64,000 bases of DNA from Ignavibacteria bacterium (GTDB lineage Bacteria; Bacteroidota; Ignavibacteria; UBA10030; SZUA-254). The stretch lies in NCBI GenBank assembly GCA_016178625.1, contig JACOSX010000140.1, forward strand, positions 2,804-66,803. The letters are read 5' to 3'. Below are positions 20,459 to 30,390 of the stretch, piece after piece (position 1 is the stretch's first letter; every line of letters begins with the position of its first letter). The notes beneath the pieces are model-generated. The model searched no databases, was not told where the DNA came from, and worked only from the letters and a program-made list of their open reading frames with translations. The position numbers and the translations under genes are program-made.

Positions 20459-21694
20459 CTACGGTCGGTGTCCTCTTTCTCGTCCACCTCGAGATTCTTC
20501 CGGTCTCTGTACCGGCTGAGGACGTTCCCGCACTTGAGGTTGCTGTGGCTGCCATCGGGGATTTTCTCGACGGCGGTTCTCGCGTGAAAATTGGTCCTCA
20601 TGTCGTTGTTGCACCTGATCACGATGCTGCTCTTGACCCCGCCACATTTCTTGGGTTTGCCGGTCTTGTCGAAATCCTCGTTCCGGGGGTCGAACAGGTT
20701 CTAATTTTCGCTCGGGGAGTGGGCGTTCACGCACTTTCTCTTCTTGCTTGCGAGTGTCTCGCCCGTAGTCTCGTGGTTTGAATTCTGGCTTTTCTGATGC
20801 ACGATCTCTCTTGTAATGTTGGGTTGATTCTTGGGGAAATCGTTCGCCGTCTGCGCCGATGCGCTGATCGCCATGCCGCATCACAGGTGGAGTTCCTCTC
20901 TGACCATCTAACCGGGGACGGAAAACTTCCACCCGCTCGCGATTTGCATCTCGCACCAGACGGTCTCCGTCTGCTCGGTCACGTTGAACAACTTCGACTC
21001 TATTTACTCTTGTATTTGTTCTGCGCTCGACAAAGCCGACATCGATGCCTCTGTTGATGACTCGATTGCCTTCAAATCGAATATCGACCGCGCCCCGGGT
21101 AGTCCCGAAGAGCCGGCGTGTGCGCTCGAGAGGTTGAATGTATTCAACAACTCCTGGAGAAGTGAAATTCCTGCATGAGACGAAATTCCAGTAATGAACT
21201 GGCGTCACCCAGCCACTTGAAAAAGAAATTCCAACGTTGACACTGAACGATGCGTACGGAGTTAGGGGTGCCCACCCGATATAGTCATCATCATATCTCC
21301 ATTCTACCCATGCTGGACCCCAAACATCGTCAGGGATCCAAATCCAACCGTAATAGTCATCGTAATGCCAACGCCCATAGTGAAATGTTGCCCACCCAAA
21401 TGGCTCATTAGAAACCCAGTACCACCCGTAGTCGGTCCATATCCATTGCCCATACAAATAGGGGCGCCACCCGCGGACGATATGGATCGGGCGCCACGCA
21501 TAGCCGAAGCGTGAATCGACCCATTGACCGTAGGGTGAAAGAGATGAGTAGAAAAAGCCAACACTTCCTTCGAGTTCAACATGGTCCCTCACTTTGAAGT
21601 GCCAGGGTTTATGGTGTTTAGCTTCGAGTTCACCTATAAGCGCTAAAGTGAGCAGCAGGGTGATCAATATTTGTTTCATTGCTATGCCTTTCAA
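20459..21694 (-). CDS. Secreted protein with Trp-rich [YF]GxW repeat domain and long Arg/Glu/Gln-rich disordered C-terminal tail
   Basis: Signal peptide. Residues ~55-150 carry nine copies of YGQW/YGWYW/FGWATF/YGRW/YGWIW/WGPAW/IGWAP spaced 8-11 residues apart. The C-terminal ~200 aa are low-complexity and charged (RDRADGDRLVRDANRERVE...). Confidence 0.55.
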   Translation of the reverse strand: MKGIAMKQILITLLLTLALIGELEAKHHKPWHFKVRDHVELEGSVGFFYSSLSPYGQWVDSRFGYAWRPIHIVRGWRPYLYGQWIWTDYGWYWVSNEPFGWATFHYGRWHYDDYYGWIWIPDDVWGPAWVEWRYDDDYIGWAPLTPYASFSVNVGISFSSGWVTPVHYWNFVSCRNFTSPGVVEYIQPLERTRRLFGTTRGAVDIRFEGNRVINRGIDVGFVERRTNTRVNRVEVVQRDRADGDRLVRDANRERVEVFRPRLDGQRGTPPVMRHGDQRIGADGERFPQESTQHYKRDRASEKPEFKPRDYGRDTRKQEEKVRERPLPERKLEPVRPPERGFRQDRQTQEMWRGQEQHRDQVQQRHEDQFSRENRRRENPRWQPQQPQVRERPQPVQRPEESRGGRERGHRP

Positions 21695-21975
21695 ATTCTC
21701 ATTAATAACATAATTCTACTCATGCTCAAAGCAATGTTTATGCCATCTAAGAAAATAGATAATACAAGGTAATTTCGATGAATTTGTCTCAATAAAGACC
21801 CATTCCTGTTTGGGAATGAAGACGATGGAAATAAACTTCACCCCGTGTGATCTGGGTTCTTGACTTTATCAACCCGATCGAGTACCTTAAAGTGGAGTCA
21901 GGCATAAATGAGTACCTTCCCCAACGACTTCATTCGTCTGTTCGCCCGAGTTTGAATCAGTCAAAGGATCGTTAC

Positions 21976-23733
21976 GTGAATTTTCGTCGTGAAATAGGTT
22001 GCCTGGGCATCGTGTCTCTCTTCTGTATTGGAGTATTTCCAACGATACTCAACGCCCAAAGGGGGCGTACCAATCCTTTCCACGAAATGATCCGTGATGT
22101 TTCCACGCACCTTCCACCGAGCCAATCTGGAATTTACGTTCCTCCGACTGATGCAGATTTTCGCGACTGGAATACCATCCTTTCGCTGTTTCGTTCCAAT
22201 GCATTGGATAGTTGCAGACACCTCCTCGAGAAATATCATTACACATTGACAGAGGTAAAAGATGGATTTACTGGAAATACGTATGATGTATTCAGGGAGA
22301 GACTCCCGATTCAAAGGGGATGGGGAACATTTATCTTCAACAGGAATCATTCGAAGCGCTTGAATATTCATGTGAACCATCCTTCTGATGATGCATACGC
22401 GCTCAATATTGGTGTAGAATGTTTCCGTCGTTCAAATGCAGAGTGGCTGTTCATTGGCGGAACGAGTAAGTTCTCAGTGGTAGGGAAGTATTCTTCAGAT
22501 GTTGGCGTGTCGAGGAGGAGTATCTTCCAACGGTGGTATGAGAACCTTTCCGATCTTACCCATATTACTGTTTCTCTCCATACCTTTTCAGAGAATTCAT
22601 ACGCTGATCCGATCTCGACCACCGATGTCATAGTGAGTAATGGGAAGACTTCAGACGATCAATGGGGGGTCTCGCAGATCAGTCTCGCTTTTCGCGATTC
22701 CGCGCGAGCTGCAGGTTTTACCTCAGCTCTGGCAATGTTTGATTCCGGTTATGGACGACTAGCGGGAGGGTGGAATGTCCAGGGCCTGTTCTCGAATGAC
22801 AGTCTTGGCTTCGGTCATTGGCTGTATATTGAACTCTCCCATCGACTCTTGAAACAACCCCATAACCACGCTCGATTGATCACGGCCATCGATCACGCGA
22901 CCGACTTGACCGGCAAGAGGATTTCGCAACAGGTGAATCGCGCGTTTGGGCTAGTCTCTCCTCGCGTTGTGAAGGTTGATTCTCTGCATCGGATCATGTT
23001 TCCGCCAATCGGTGCTGAAACGTATAGAGTTATTTCCTTTGACGCGCAGAACCAACGAGACGACACTCTGGATATTCGTATGGGAAATTGGCTTGAACTC
23101 CTTGGGGGTCAAAAATCTGTCGCATCGGTGACGCGACTCGATACTTCCGATCGCCTTAGGCAACAACTCGCACGGAACCACCAGCGAGGATCTCGCTCAG
23201 TCATGGCTCAACTGGTAACAGTTGAGGGAAATCGATTATCTTCCACTGTCCGGTATCCAAAGGATAGTGACCAAGACTCTTCGCGCTCAGGTGATGAAGA
23301 TGATCAGGCGAATGAACCCTTGCAGGTGCATCGAATCCCGCTTCGGCCTATTCTTGCATCCACGTTCATGATACATCCATCTGAAGAAATGGTATCGTAT
23401 AGCTGGTCAGGCACCATGCCAGCTCATTTTGTGCCTGGGATTAAGTCATTTCAGATGAACGCCTCTCTAAGGGAAACCGAAGAGTTAGAAGGGATCCCCA
23501 AGTTTCTTATTCCGCTGATCAATAGTTCCTATCGAAGTGGCAAGAGCCGGTTCATCGGTGTCGAGATGACAAATATCCTTGTCAACGAAATCGCTCGACT
23601 CGTTACCGAACATGATGTTGCGGGAAAGGATGTTGGATTGCTCGCGGAACAATCAGAGAGCGGGGATTATTACCTGAGGATTTTCCCGGCATCTAACAGA
23701 GAAAAAAGGCTTCAGGACCAACCTCGACCTTAA
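21976..23733 (+). CDS. Secreted hypothetical protein (no recognisable family)
   Basis: Track ORF starts at GTG 21847. GTG 21976 has an AAGGA Shine-Dalgarno and a signal peptide (RREIGCLGIVSLFCIGVFPTILNA/QR). Motifs 'NIHVNHPSDD' and 'VSLHTFSEN' are possible metal ligands. Acidic, Ser-rich linker near residue 470. Confidence 0.5.
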   Translation: MNFRREIGCLGIVSLFCIGVFPTILNAQRGRTNPFHEMIRDVSTHLPPSQSGIYVPPTDADFRDWNTILSLFRSNALDSCRHLLEKYHYTLTEVKDGFTGNTYDVFRERLPIQRGWGTFIFNRNHSKRLNIHVNHPSDDAYALNIGVECFRRSNAEWLFIGGTSKFSVVGKYSSDVGVSRRSIFQRWYENLSDLTHITVSLHTFSENSYADPISTTDVIVSNGKTSDDQWGVSQISLAFRDSARAAGFTSALAMFDSGYGRLAGGWNVQGLFSNDSLGFGHWLYIELSHRLLKQPHNHARLITAIDHATDLTGKRISQQVNRAFGLVSPRVVKVDSLHRIMFPPIGAETYRVISFDAQNQRDDTLDIRMGNWLELLGGQKSVASVTRLDTSDRLRQQLARNHQRGSRSVMAQLVTVEGNRLSSTVRYPKDSDQDSSRSGDEDDQANEPLQVHRIPLRPILASTFMIHPSEEMVSYSWSGTMPAHFVPGIKSFQMNASLRETEELEGIPKFLIPLINSSYRSGKSRFIGVEMTNILVNEIARLVTEHDVAGKDVGLLAEQSESGDYYLRIFPASNREKRLQDQPRP

Positions 23734-23841
23734 GAGATATTCTCCACTTGCCATCTGGCTTGTGTTTCTTTGCTATCGGTTGGTGAGGCTCCATGCGCCT
23801 CCGGTACGCTGATCCTTAATATCTTATTTCAAAAAAAGTTC

Positions 23842-23869
23842 TTGACAAAGAACAAATAAATGTTATATT
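23842..23869 (+). promoter_or_regulatory. Sigma-70-like promoter TTGACA-N16-TATATT
   Basis: Near-consensus hexamers about 120 nt upstream of ATG 23992. A G8 tract (23884-23891) lies in the predicted leader. Confidence 0.35.
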
Positions 23870-23991
23870 ACAGCAAACTTTTCGGGGGGGGTGTTACTGT
23901 TAGCTTCATGATCGTCGAATGATTTGAATTGCAAACACGCACCACCTAATTCACACATCATTATCCACCCATCTCTCGAAAGGAGATATGT

Positions 23992-25842
23992 ATGAAGCAT
24001 GTTTCATTCGTAGTTCTGCTTCTACTTCTCATTGCAGGATCTTTGATCGCCGGCCAGACGTATACCGGTCTTAAAGGTCCCGCAGCAGGAGTACAACCAA
24101 CCATCATTACCATGTCTAAGGCTCAGGGCACCCCAGTAGTGTTGGGCGCCGGCTTCCAGCCCCACTCGGCACCCGGATACTTGAGTACCACAGGCCATGA
24201 ATTAGATGTGAAGTTTTCCACTGTCCCGGCAAATGTTCAACTCGGCGGCACATCAGGTGCTGGAACGAGCACGATTCTCGCGCCGAGCAGTGGCACATCG
24301 TTCGATGCTACAGTTCAAAATGGCTGGATCCCGTACGATGCGTCCGTCGCAGTTGGACCGAACAACATTGTTGTCTGCACGAATGCACAAATCGAAGTGT
24401 ATTCTCGCGCAGGCGCATTCCAGGCTCGCTACAGCACCGATCCAGGAAGCGGCAGCGATTTCTTCCCGACTGATGCCGGAGTAAGCTTCGATCCGAAGTG
24501 TTACTACGATGCTGCAGGCGGTCACTTTGTTCTTCTCTACGATCAGGAATCAAATCCGCTTGCATTCATGAACGTTGCGGTTTCGGTCACAAGCGATCCG
24601 ACAGGTTCGTGGTATAAATATCACTTGGATTGGACACTCGACGGTTCTACACCTACCAGCAACTGGGGTGACTATCCAAGTCTCGGTTATGATAATAACT
24701 CTATCTACATCGGCGCGAACCAATACTCATTTGCAAACTCCTATAAGTACTCCAAAGTCCGTGTTCTTAGCAAAGCCCAGCTCTACTCTGGCGCATCGGC
24801 TACGTGGGTTGATTTTATCAACTTGCTCAACGCGGACGGCACCTCGGCGTTCACGGTAAAGGCTGGTCGCATGCTTTCTTCCAGCACGTCGGAATATCTT
24901 TTGAATACAAGACCAGGCGGTGGAAGTTCTGTCACAACATGGAGAATCGATAATGGTCCAACATCTCCTACACTCACGCAAGTGGCAACTGTGAGTGTCG
25001 GTACGTATGCAGTTCCACCGAACGGCAGGCAGCCCGGTGGAAGTTCTGTTGCAGATGGTGATTGCCGAACTCAGGATCTGGTCATACAAGGCACGACCCT
25101 TTACACTGCCTTTAGCGAGAAGTACGGTGGGCGTCAACCCTTCAATAGGGGTGCAGGATGTCGCTACCTTGAGGTCTCAACTACTGGTACGAAGTTGGCA
25201 GATATTTCCTTCTTCACAACGGGCGTTGATCGCTACTATCCGGCTGTAACTGTTGATGCATCCGGGAACGTCTTCATGGTCTATAACCAATCAAGTACGA
25301 CCCAATACGCCTCGATGTACAGCACCGGTATCAATAAGGGAATCGGTGAAACAGGATTTGAAACTGGCGCCTTGATCAAATCAGGCGCGGGTACTGTCAC
25401 AAGCGGTCGATGGGGCGACTATAATGCTATCGCCAACGACTTCACGAATACGGGCGCTTGTTGGATGTTCGCAGGATGGGCACAATCGAATGGCGCATGG
25501 GGAACACACGTTGCCTCAGCATCGTTTGGCGTTGCACCGACAACACATCCTCAGAACATGGTTACAGAGGGTCTCGTTCATTCCTTTGTGTTGAATGCGA
25601 ATTACCCCAATCCGTTTAACCCAACAACCATGATTTCCTATACCCTGTCTCAAGAAACACAAGCGAAACTGGTTGTGTTTGACGTTCTTGGGCGTCAGAT
25701 CGCTACCCTCGTTGATGGCGTACAAACAGCAGGCGACCATCAAACGCTGTTCGATGCGAGTAACTACCCCAGCGGTATTTATTATTATAGACTCAATGCT
25801 GGTAGCAATGTGAGTATCGGTAAAATGATGTTAATGAAATAA
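23992..25842 (+). CDS. Secreted protein of unknown function with T9SS C-terminal sorting domain
   Basis: AGGAG Shine-Dalgarno. Signal peptide. C-terminal 'NYPNPFNPTTMISYTL...GIYYYRLNAG' Por secretion CTD. The N-terminal ~520 aa are Gly/Ser/Thr-rich with a repeated 'WGDY' motif. Confidence 0.7.
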   Translation: MKHVSFVVLLLLLIAGSLIAGQTYTGLKGPAAGVQPTIITMSKAQGTPVVLGAGFQPHSAPGYLSTTGHELDVKFSTVPANVQLGGTSGAGTSTILAPSSGTSFDATVQNGWIPYDASVAVGPNNIVVCTNAQIEVYSRAGAFQARYSTDPGSGSDFFPTDAGVSFDPKCYYDAAGGHFVLLYDQESNPLAFMNVAVSVTSDPTGSWYKYHLDWTLDGSTPTSNWGDYPSLGYDNNSIYIGANQYSFANSYKYSKVRVLSKAQLYSGASATWVDFINLLNADGTSAFTVKAGRMLSSSTSEYLLNTRPGGGSSVTTWRIDNGPTSPTLTQVATVSVGTYAVPPNGRQPGGSSVADGDCRTQDLVIQGTTLYTAFSEKYGGRQPFNRGAGCRYLEVSTTGTKLADISFFTTGVDRYYPAVTVDASGNVFMVYNQSSTTQYASMYSTGINKGIGETGFETGALIKSGAGTVTSGRWGDYNAIANDFTNTGACWMFAGWAQSNGAWGTHVASASFGVAPTTHPQNMVTEGLVHSFVLNANYPNPFNPTTMISYTLSQETQAKLVVFDVLGRQIATLVDGVQTAGDHQTLFDASNYPSGIYYYRLNAGSNVSIGKMMLMK

Positions 25843-25861
25843 GAACGAGTCATAACTATGG

Positions 25862-25907
25862 AAAGAGCCGACGTATGCTTTTAGCGGAGTCGGCTCTTTC
25901 TTTTTTG
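25862..25907 (+). terminator. Rho-independent terminator (11-bp stem AAAGAGCCGAC/GTCGGCTCTTT + T6)
   Basis: Perfect stem with a 16-nt loop, followed by CTTTTTTG, 20 nt after the stop of 23992..25842. Confidence 0.7.
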
Positions 25908-26490
25908 AAGCAGTTGTCTCGAGTCCTATTTTGATGACCCGCAGCTTGATTCTCATCTGTTAATTTGTTAGTATCCTACGTTTCTTCACCTGCGACTGAT
26001 AATGAGGTTTTCTTCCTCCACATATAAGCTTCTTTCGCTCCTGATCGTCTGCAACTATTTCGCGTTTCGTGTAGAGTTGTTTGAGAATGAGTATGAACGT
26101 TTCCATCCAGATCACAGAAATGGAAGTGCCTTCACCAATTCATCGCTGAACTGGGAGACATTCGACAAGGATAACGCGCCGAAAGCCTTTGTATTTGATC
26201 CTTCTGTTCGTGTAGAATTTATCTGTGTTAACGATGTTCAACGTGAACACCAACTTCCTCACGCCCAGCCATCTCAACTCATCCGTGATAAATCCCCACC
26301 CTTGATCTTCTCCCAAGTGTAACAGACTACCCTGACTCCACTACCTCCTTGGTCTAGTGAAGGGTGAGGGACATTCTTTTGTTCGTCATTCTCTGCTAAG
26401 ATCTTTGTTTGGTGGAGTTGATCTGTGCATACTCCACGACCATACAGAAAAAATTCCTCTTGAACATTTTCTTCCAAAAAGGACTCTGAA

Positions 26491-28653
26491 ATGAAAAAGT
26501 CTTTTTTCCTTCTCATGTTTATGCTTATAGCAGCAGGTGCACTTTGGTCCCAGGTCCAGAAAGATACTATTCGGTATCAGTTGCAGCCAGTCACAATTAC
26601 TGCAACACGTGTCTCTGAAGGATGGCTTGAGGTTCCTCTTGCAATTAATGTCCTTGAACACAACGATATTCAACATACCAAAGGGTACGGCTTGGATGAA
26701 ATACTATCTGGTGTGCCGGGTGTGCTCGCTCAATCACGGTACGGAAACCAAGATATCCGGCTTACCATTCGTGGATTTGGTGCCCGGGGCGCAGGAGCCA
26801 AGTCGAATGCAGGAACGTCGCGGGGCATTCGCGTGCTGATAGATGGTTTTCCTGAAACCGAGCCTGATGGAAGAACATCATTTGATCTCATTGATCTCTC
26901 GGGAGCAGGTAGTGTCGAAGTTGTTCGGTCGAACGCCTCATCGGTATGGGGAAATGCGTCGGGGGGCGTGGTGAATATTCTCTCGAACACAACGTTCACT
27001 GCACCTTATTCACATCTACAATCAATGTTCGGCAGTTTTGGATTTCACAAAGAGATGCTGCATGGCGGCGCGATGCTTGGTCAAGGACGGTTCTTCTTCT
27101 CGGCGAGCAACACAACGTATGATGGTTGGCGCGACCATTCGGCAAGTTCACAAATTCTGGTGAACACCGGAGTCATCTCTCCCTTGGCTGAGAAAACATC
27201 CTTGGGTGTTTATTTGACCGGTACAAGCAACCTCTTCCGGATTCCTGGACCTCTGTCTCAAGGACAATTCGATTCCAATCCTCAACAAGCTCAGAATCTG
27301 AAAGATTCGGTGACAGGTGTGAACTATACCCTGGTCGCCCGGGATGAGCGGAGGTTCAATCGCCTTGGGCGTCTGGGGGTGAACCTCATGCACGATATTG
27401 ATCCAAAGAACAGTTTCTCCGCGTCTGCATTTGTTAGTCCAAAATATTTGCAGCGATCAGAACGAAATAGGTTTCGTGATTTCAATCGTTATCACGTCGG
27501 AGGAAACTTCACGTACAGCAATAGGGCGTCCTTCAGTCCTGAGGTGTCGAATACATTGTTAGTAGGAGTCGATGAGGCGTATCAGGATGGGGCAATACAT
27601 TTTTATAATCTTACCAGTGCAGGTGATCGGGGAACAATCCTCGCGGCGAACAAGCGAGAAGGTGCAAATAACTTTGGCACTTTTCTCGAAGATGAAATCA
27701 TGTTAAGTGATCGGGTCAGTATTCTTGCCGGTGTACGGTATGATAATATTACTTATTATTATGACGATTATATAACGCCAAGCCTGAACGATCGAAAATC
27801 CTTCGAGCATCTTACACCCAAAGCCGGTTTCACATACAAGTTATCGCCAACGCATAGCGTATATGCGAACATAGGTGGAGGGGTGGAGGTTCCAGCGGGA
27901 AACGAGGTAGACCCCTCTCCAACCTTTGGTCAGGATACAGTGAGAGCCATCAACCCTTTACTCGATCCAATCACGTCAACGACGCTCGAACTCGGAACGA
28001 AGCAAGTTCTTTCACTTGGAGGGGACGAAAGGGTCGGTGCAATACTCTACGACATTGCTCTCTACTGGATTGAAGTGAGCAATGATATCATTCCATACGA
28101 TGATGGCAGTTTCTATTTCACCGCTGGAAAAACCCGCCGGATGGGCGCTGAAATAGGCGGCCGACTCCAATTTGAGAACGGCTTTTCTGTTGAAGGTACT
28201 CTTACGACCTCAGATAACAAGTACATCACATACCAGATTGATTCAGTGCATTATGGCGTTGCAGGAAAGTTTCGTGATCTTAAGGATAATTTAATGTCTG
28301 GGGTTCCAAGTTTCTTTTTTGATGCCGGCGTACGTTACTCACCGCTCGGGATGGAAGGTGTATATGCCAAAGTGAACCTTCGGGGTGCTGGCAAGTATTT
28401 TGCCGACGACGGCAACCAATTCGAGGTGCCGGCATATTCCGTGTTGAATGCTTCGATCGGTATTGATCATCTTCCCATAGAAAACACTGGGTTCACGTTA
28501 ACGGGATTTATTGGAGCCAATAATCTTGCTGACAAGAAATATGCGGCTGCGGCTTGGATCAACCCGCAGCTAATATATGGGAAACCTGTGTTTCTCGAGC
28601 CAGGGTTACCTCGCAACTTTGTTGGATCATTCTCTGTCCAGTATGACTTCTAA
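26491..28653 (+). CDS. TonB-dependent outer-membrane receptor
   Basis: Signal peptide. Plug domain ('DEILSGVPGV..IRG'). Long beta-barrel ending in a C-terminal aromatic ('SVQYDF'). Confidence 0.85.
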   Translation: MKKSFFLLMFMLIAAGALWSQVQKDTIRYQLQPVTITATRVSEGWLEVPLAINVLEHNDIQHTKGYGLDEILSGVPGVLAQSRYGNQDIRLTIRGFGARGAGAKSNAGTSRGIRVLIDGFPETEPDGRTSFDLIDLSGAGSVEVVRSNASSVWGNASGGVVNILSNTTFTAPYSHLQSMFGSFGFHKEMLHGGAMLGQGRFFFSASNTTYDGWRDHSASSQILVNTGVISPLAEKTSLGVYLTGTSNLFRIPGPLSQGQFDSNPQQAQNLKDSVTGVNYTLVARDERRFNRLGRLGVNLMHDIDPKNSFSASAFVSPKYLQRSERNRFRDFNRYHVGGNFTYSNRASFSPEVSNTLLVGVDEAYQDGAIHFYNLTSAGDRGTILAANKREGANNFGTFLEDEIMLSDRVSILAGVRYDNITYYYDDYITPSLNDRKSFEHLTPKAGFTYKLSPTHSVYANIGGGVEVPAGNEVDPSPTFGQDTVRAINPLLDPITSTTLELGTKQVLSLGGDERVGAILYDIALYWIEVSNDIIPYDDGSFYFTAGKTRRMGAEIGGRLQFENGFSVEGTLTTSDNKYITYQIDSVHYGVAGKFRDLKDNLMSGVPSFFFDAGVRYSPLGMEGVYAKVNLRGAGKYFADDGNQFEVPAYSVLNASIGIDHLPIENTGFTLTGFIGANNLADKKYAAAAWINPQLIYGKPVFLEPGLPRNFVGSFSVQYDF

Positions 28654-28772
28654 TAATCTTCAAACACTGGAGATCGGTAGGCTTGAGGAGTACTGACACC
28701 CTCTGTATTTTATGGAAGGATTTTGTATATTTTGTAACAGAAACGTTCACCATTATTTGCAAGGAATAATTG

Positions 28773-29039
28773 ATGGCAACTAAACCACCTTCATCTGTTC
28801 AAGAATTCCCACTAGATGCACTCGAAACGATAGCCTACGAGAGTGTACGCACGCTACCAACTCAGGAACCCAACGATCGCAACCGGTTGGGTTACCATGT
28901 GTGGCGATGGCTCAAGACTCGACAGGGGTCGCTCGAACAAGCGATTGCAGAATCAGGCTCGCGACTTCATGTCAAAGAGGAAGATGCCCTCAAGATAATC
29001 CGGGATGCATTAGCAAAGCAGGGTATCACCGTAGAGTGA
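28773..29039 (+). CDS. Small hypothetical protein
   Basis: AAGGAA Shine-Dalgarno 8 nt before the ATG. 88 aa with no motif. Sits between the receptor gene and ndh. Confidence 0.35.
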   Translation: MATKPPSSVQEFPLDALETIAYESVRTLPTQEPNDRNRLGYHVWRWLKTRQGSLEQAIAESGSRLHVKEEDALKIIRDALAKQGITVE

Positions 29040-29106
29040 TTTTCACTCATGCTCCATTCATGTGACGATCTTGTCTCGAGAAGAATTCGGGTGAGGTGAC
29101 CTTTGT

Positions 29107-30336
29107 ATGGCAAAACCAAGGCTCGTTATCCTCGGAACAGGCTTTGCTGCGTTTAGTGTCATCAAGGATATAGACGAGGAGTTGTATGAAGTTATCGTTG
29201 TCAGCCCCCGCAATCATTTTCTCTTCACGCCACTCCTTCCGAGTACGACCGTTGGCACTATAGAGTTCCGCAGTATCATTGAACCGATCCGCGTCGCCAA
29301 GAGGGGAATTGAATATCATCAAGCAGTGTGTACAAACATTGACCCAACGCACCGTCTGATTCAATGCAGGCAAGTGCTTGATGGTATTTCCTTCACGCTC
29401 CAGTTCGATCTGTTAGTCATTGCTGTAGGCGCAACGAGCAACACGTACAACATTCCCGGAGTTAAGGAACACTCGTTGTTGTTGAGAGAGCTTTCAGATG
29501 CTCGGGCCATTCGACAACGTATCATCGACTGCTTCGAACGCGCGAGCACACCCGGGCTCGGTAGCTCTGAGCGAAAGCGTTTGCTCCATTTTGTTGTAGT
29601 AGGTGGCGGACCGACAGGTGTAGAATTTGCGGCCGAGCTGCACGATTTCCTGATGGAAGATCTTCGCTCTTCATATTCTCACCTCGTGGATGACGCGCAG
29701 GTCACCGTGCTTGAAGCGACCGATCATATCCTTGGTACATTTGATCAGACATTAAGCGAATATGCGACGCAGCACTTCTGCCGACAGAAGATTGAAGTGT
29801 GTGCACGATCGACGGTCATTAGGGTTGAGCCGACACAAGTTATCCTCAAGGATGGTACTGTTGTACCTTTTGGTCTCCTTGTCTGGTCGACAGGGATCGG
29901 ACCATCTTCACTGGTAGAGGCATTGCCGATTGCCAAGTGGAACGATTCGAGAATCATTGTTGATCAGTTTCTGCGCGTCCAGGGATCAATGATAGTATAC
30001 GCACTCGGAGACTGTGCGACAATCGAGGGGAACAACCTTCCTCCAACCGCTCAGGTTGCCCGACGGGAAGGAAAATACTTAGCACGAGCGTTCAACAGGT
30101 TAGCGGAGAAGAAATCGATTGAGCCATTCCAATATAAAGATCTTGGTATGCTTGCATACATCGGTGGGGGAAAGGCGCTTGCCGATCTGAACAATCTCAA
30201 GGGGCGAGGATATTTTGCATTCATCTTTTGGCGGTCGGTGTATCTTACCAAACTCGTGAGCCCCAAGACCAAGATGCTTGTCTTGTTCGACTGGATCAAG
30301 ACCCGAATCTTCGGCAGAGATATCAGTCGATTCTAA
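29107..30336 (+). CDS. ndh: Type II NADH:quinone oxidoreductase (NDH-2), FAD-dependent
   Basis: 'RLVILGTGFAAFSV' Rossmann GxGxxA. Second dinucleotide fold 'HFVVVGGGPTGVEFA'. About 400 aa with a C-terminal membrane-anchoring region. Confidence 0.85.
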   Translation: MAKPRLVILGTGFAAFSVIKDIDEELYEVIVVSPRNHFLFTPLLPSTTVGTIEFRSIIEPIRVAKRGIEYHQAVCTNIDPTHRLIQCRQVLDGISFTLQFDLLVIAVGATSNTYNIPGVKEHSLLLRELSDARAIRQRIIDCFERASTPGLGSSERKRLLHFVVVGGGPTGVEFAAELHDFLMEDLRSSYSHLVDDAQVTVLEATDHILGTFDQTLSEYATQHFCRQKIEVCARSTVIRVEPTQVILKDGTVVPFGLLVWSTGIGPSSLVEALPIAKWNDSRIIVDQFLRVQGSMIVYALGDCATIEGNNLPPTAQVARREGKYLARAFNRLAEKKSIEPFQYKDLGMLAYIGGGKALADLNNLKGRGYFAFIFWRSVYLTKLVSPKTKMLVLFDWIKTRIFGRDISRF

Positions 30337-30349
30337 ATGTACGTTCCAC

Positions 30350-30385
30350 TTGACAACAACTAAAAAATCGTCTATATTGAGACGA
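30350..30385 (+). promoter_or_regulatory. Sigma-70-like promoter TTGACA-N17-TATATT with overlapping 18-bp palindrome TCGTCTATATTGAGACGA (candidate operator)
   Basis: -35 at 30350-30355, -10 at 30373-30378. Perfect 6-bp inverted arms TCGTCT/AGACGA flank the -10, 5 nt before ATG 30391 of the LexA/CI-like repressor. Confidence 0.4.
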
Positions 30386-30390
30386 CAAAT

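Noticed and set aside
20459-21694. Reading the charged C-terminal tail of the W-rich protein as a separate gene or frameshift artefact
   Set aside because: A single continuous frame with a signal peptide at the N-terminus and no internal start or Shine-Dalgarno. I kept it as one ORF, but with only moderate confidence.
26002-26322. 106-aa ORF in the leader upstream of the TonB receptor
   Set aside because: It has no Shine-Dalgarno, no recognisable motif and atypical composition. I kept it only as part of the leader observation, not as a CDS.
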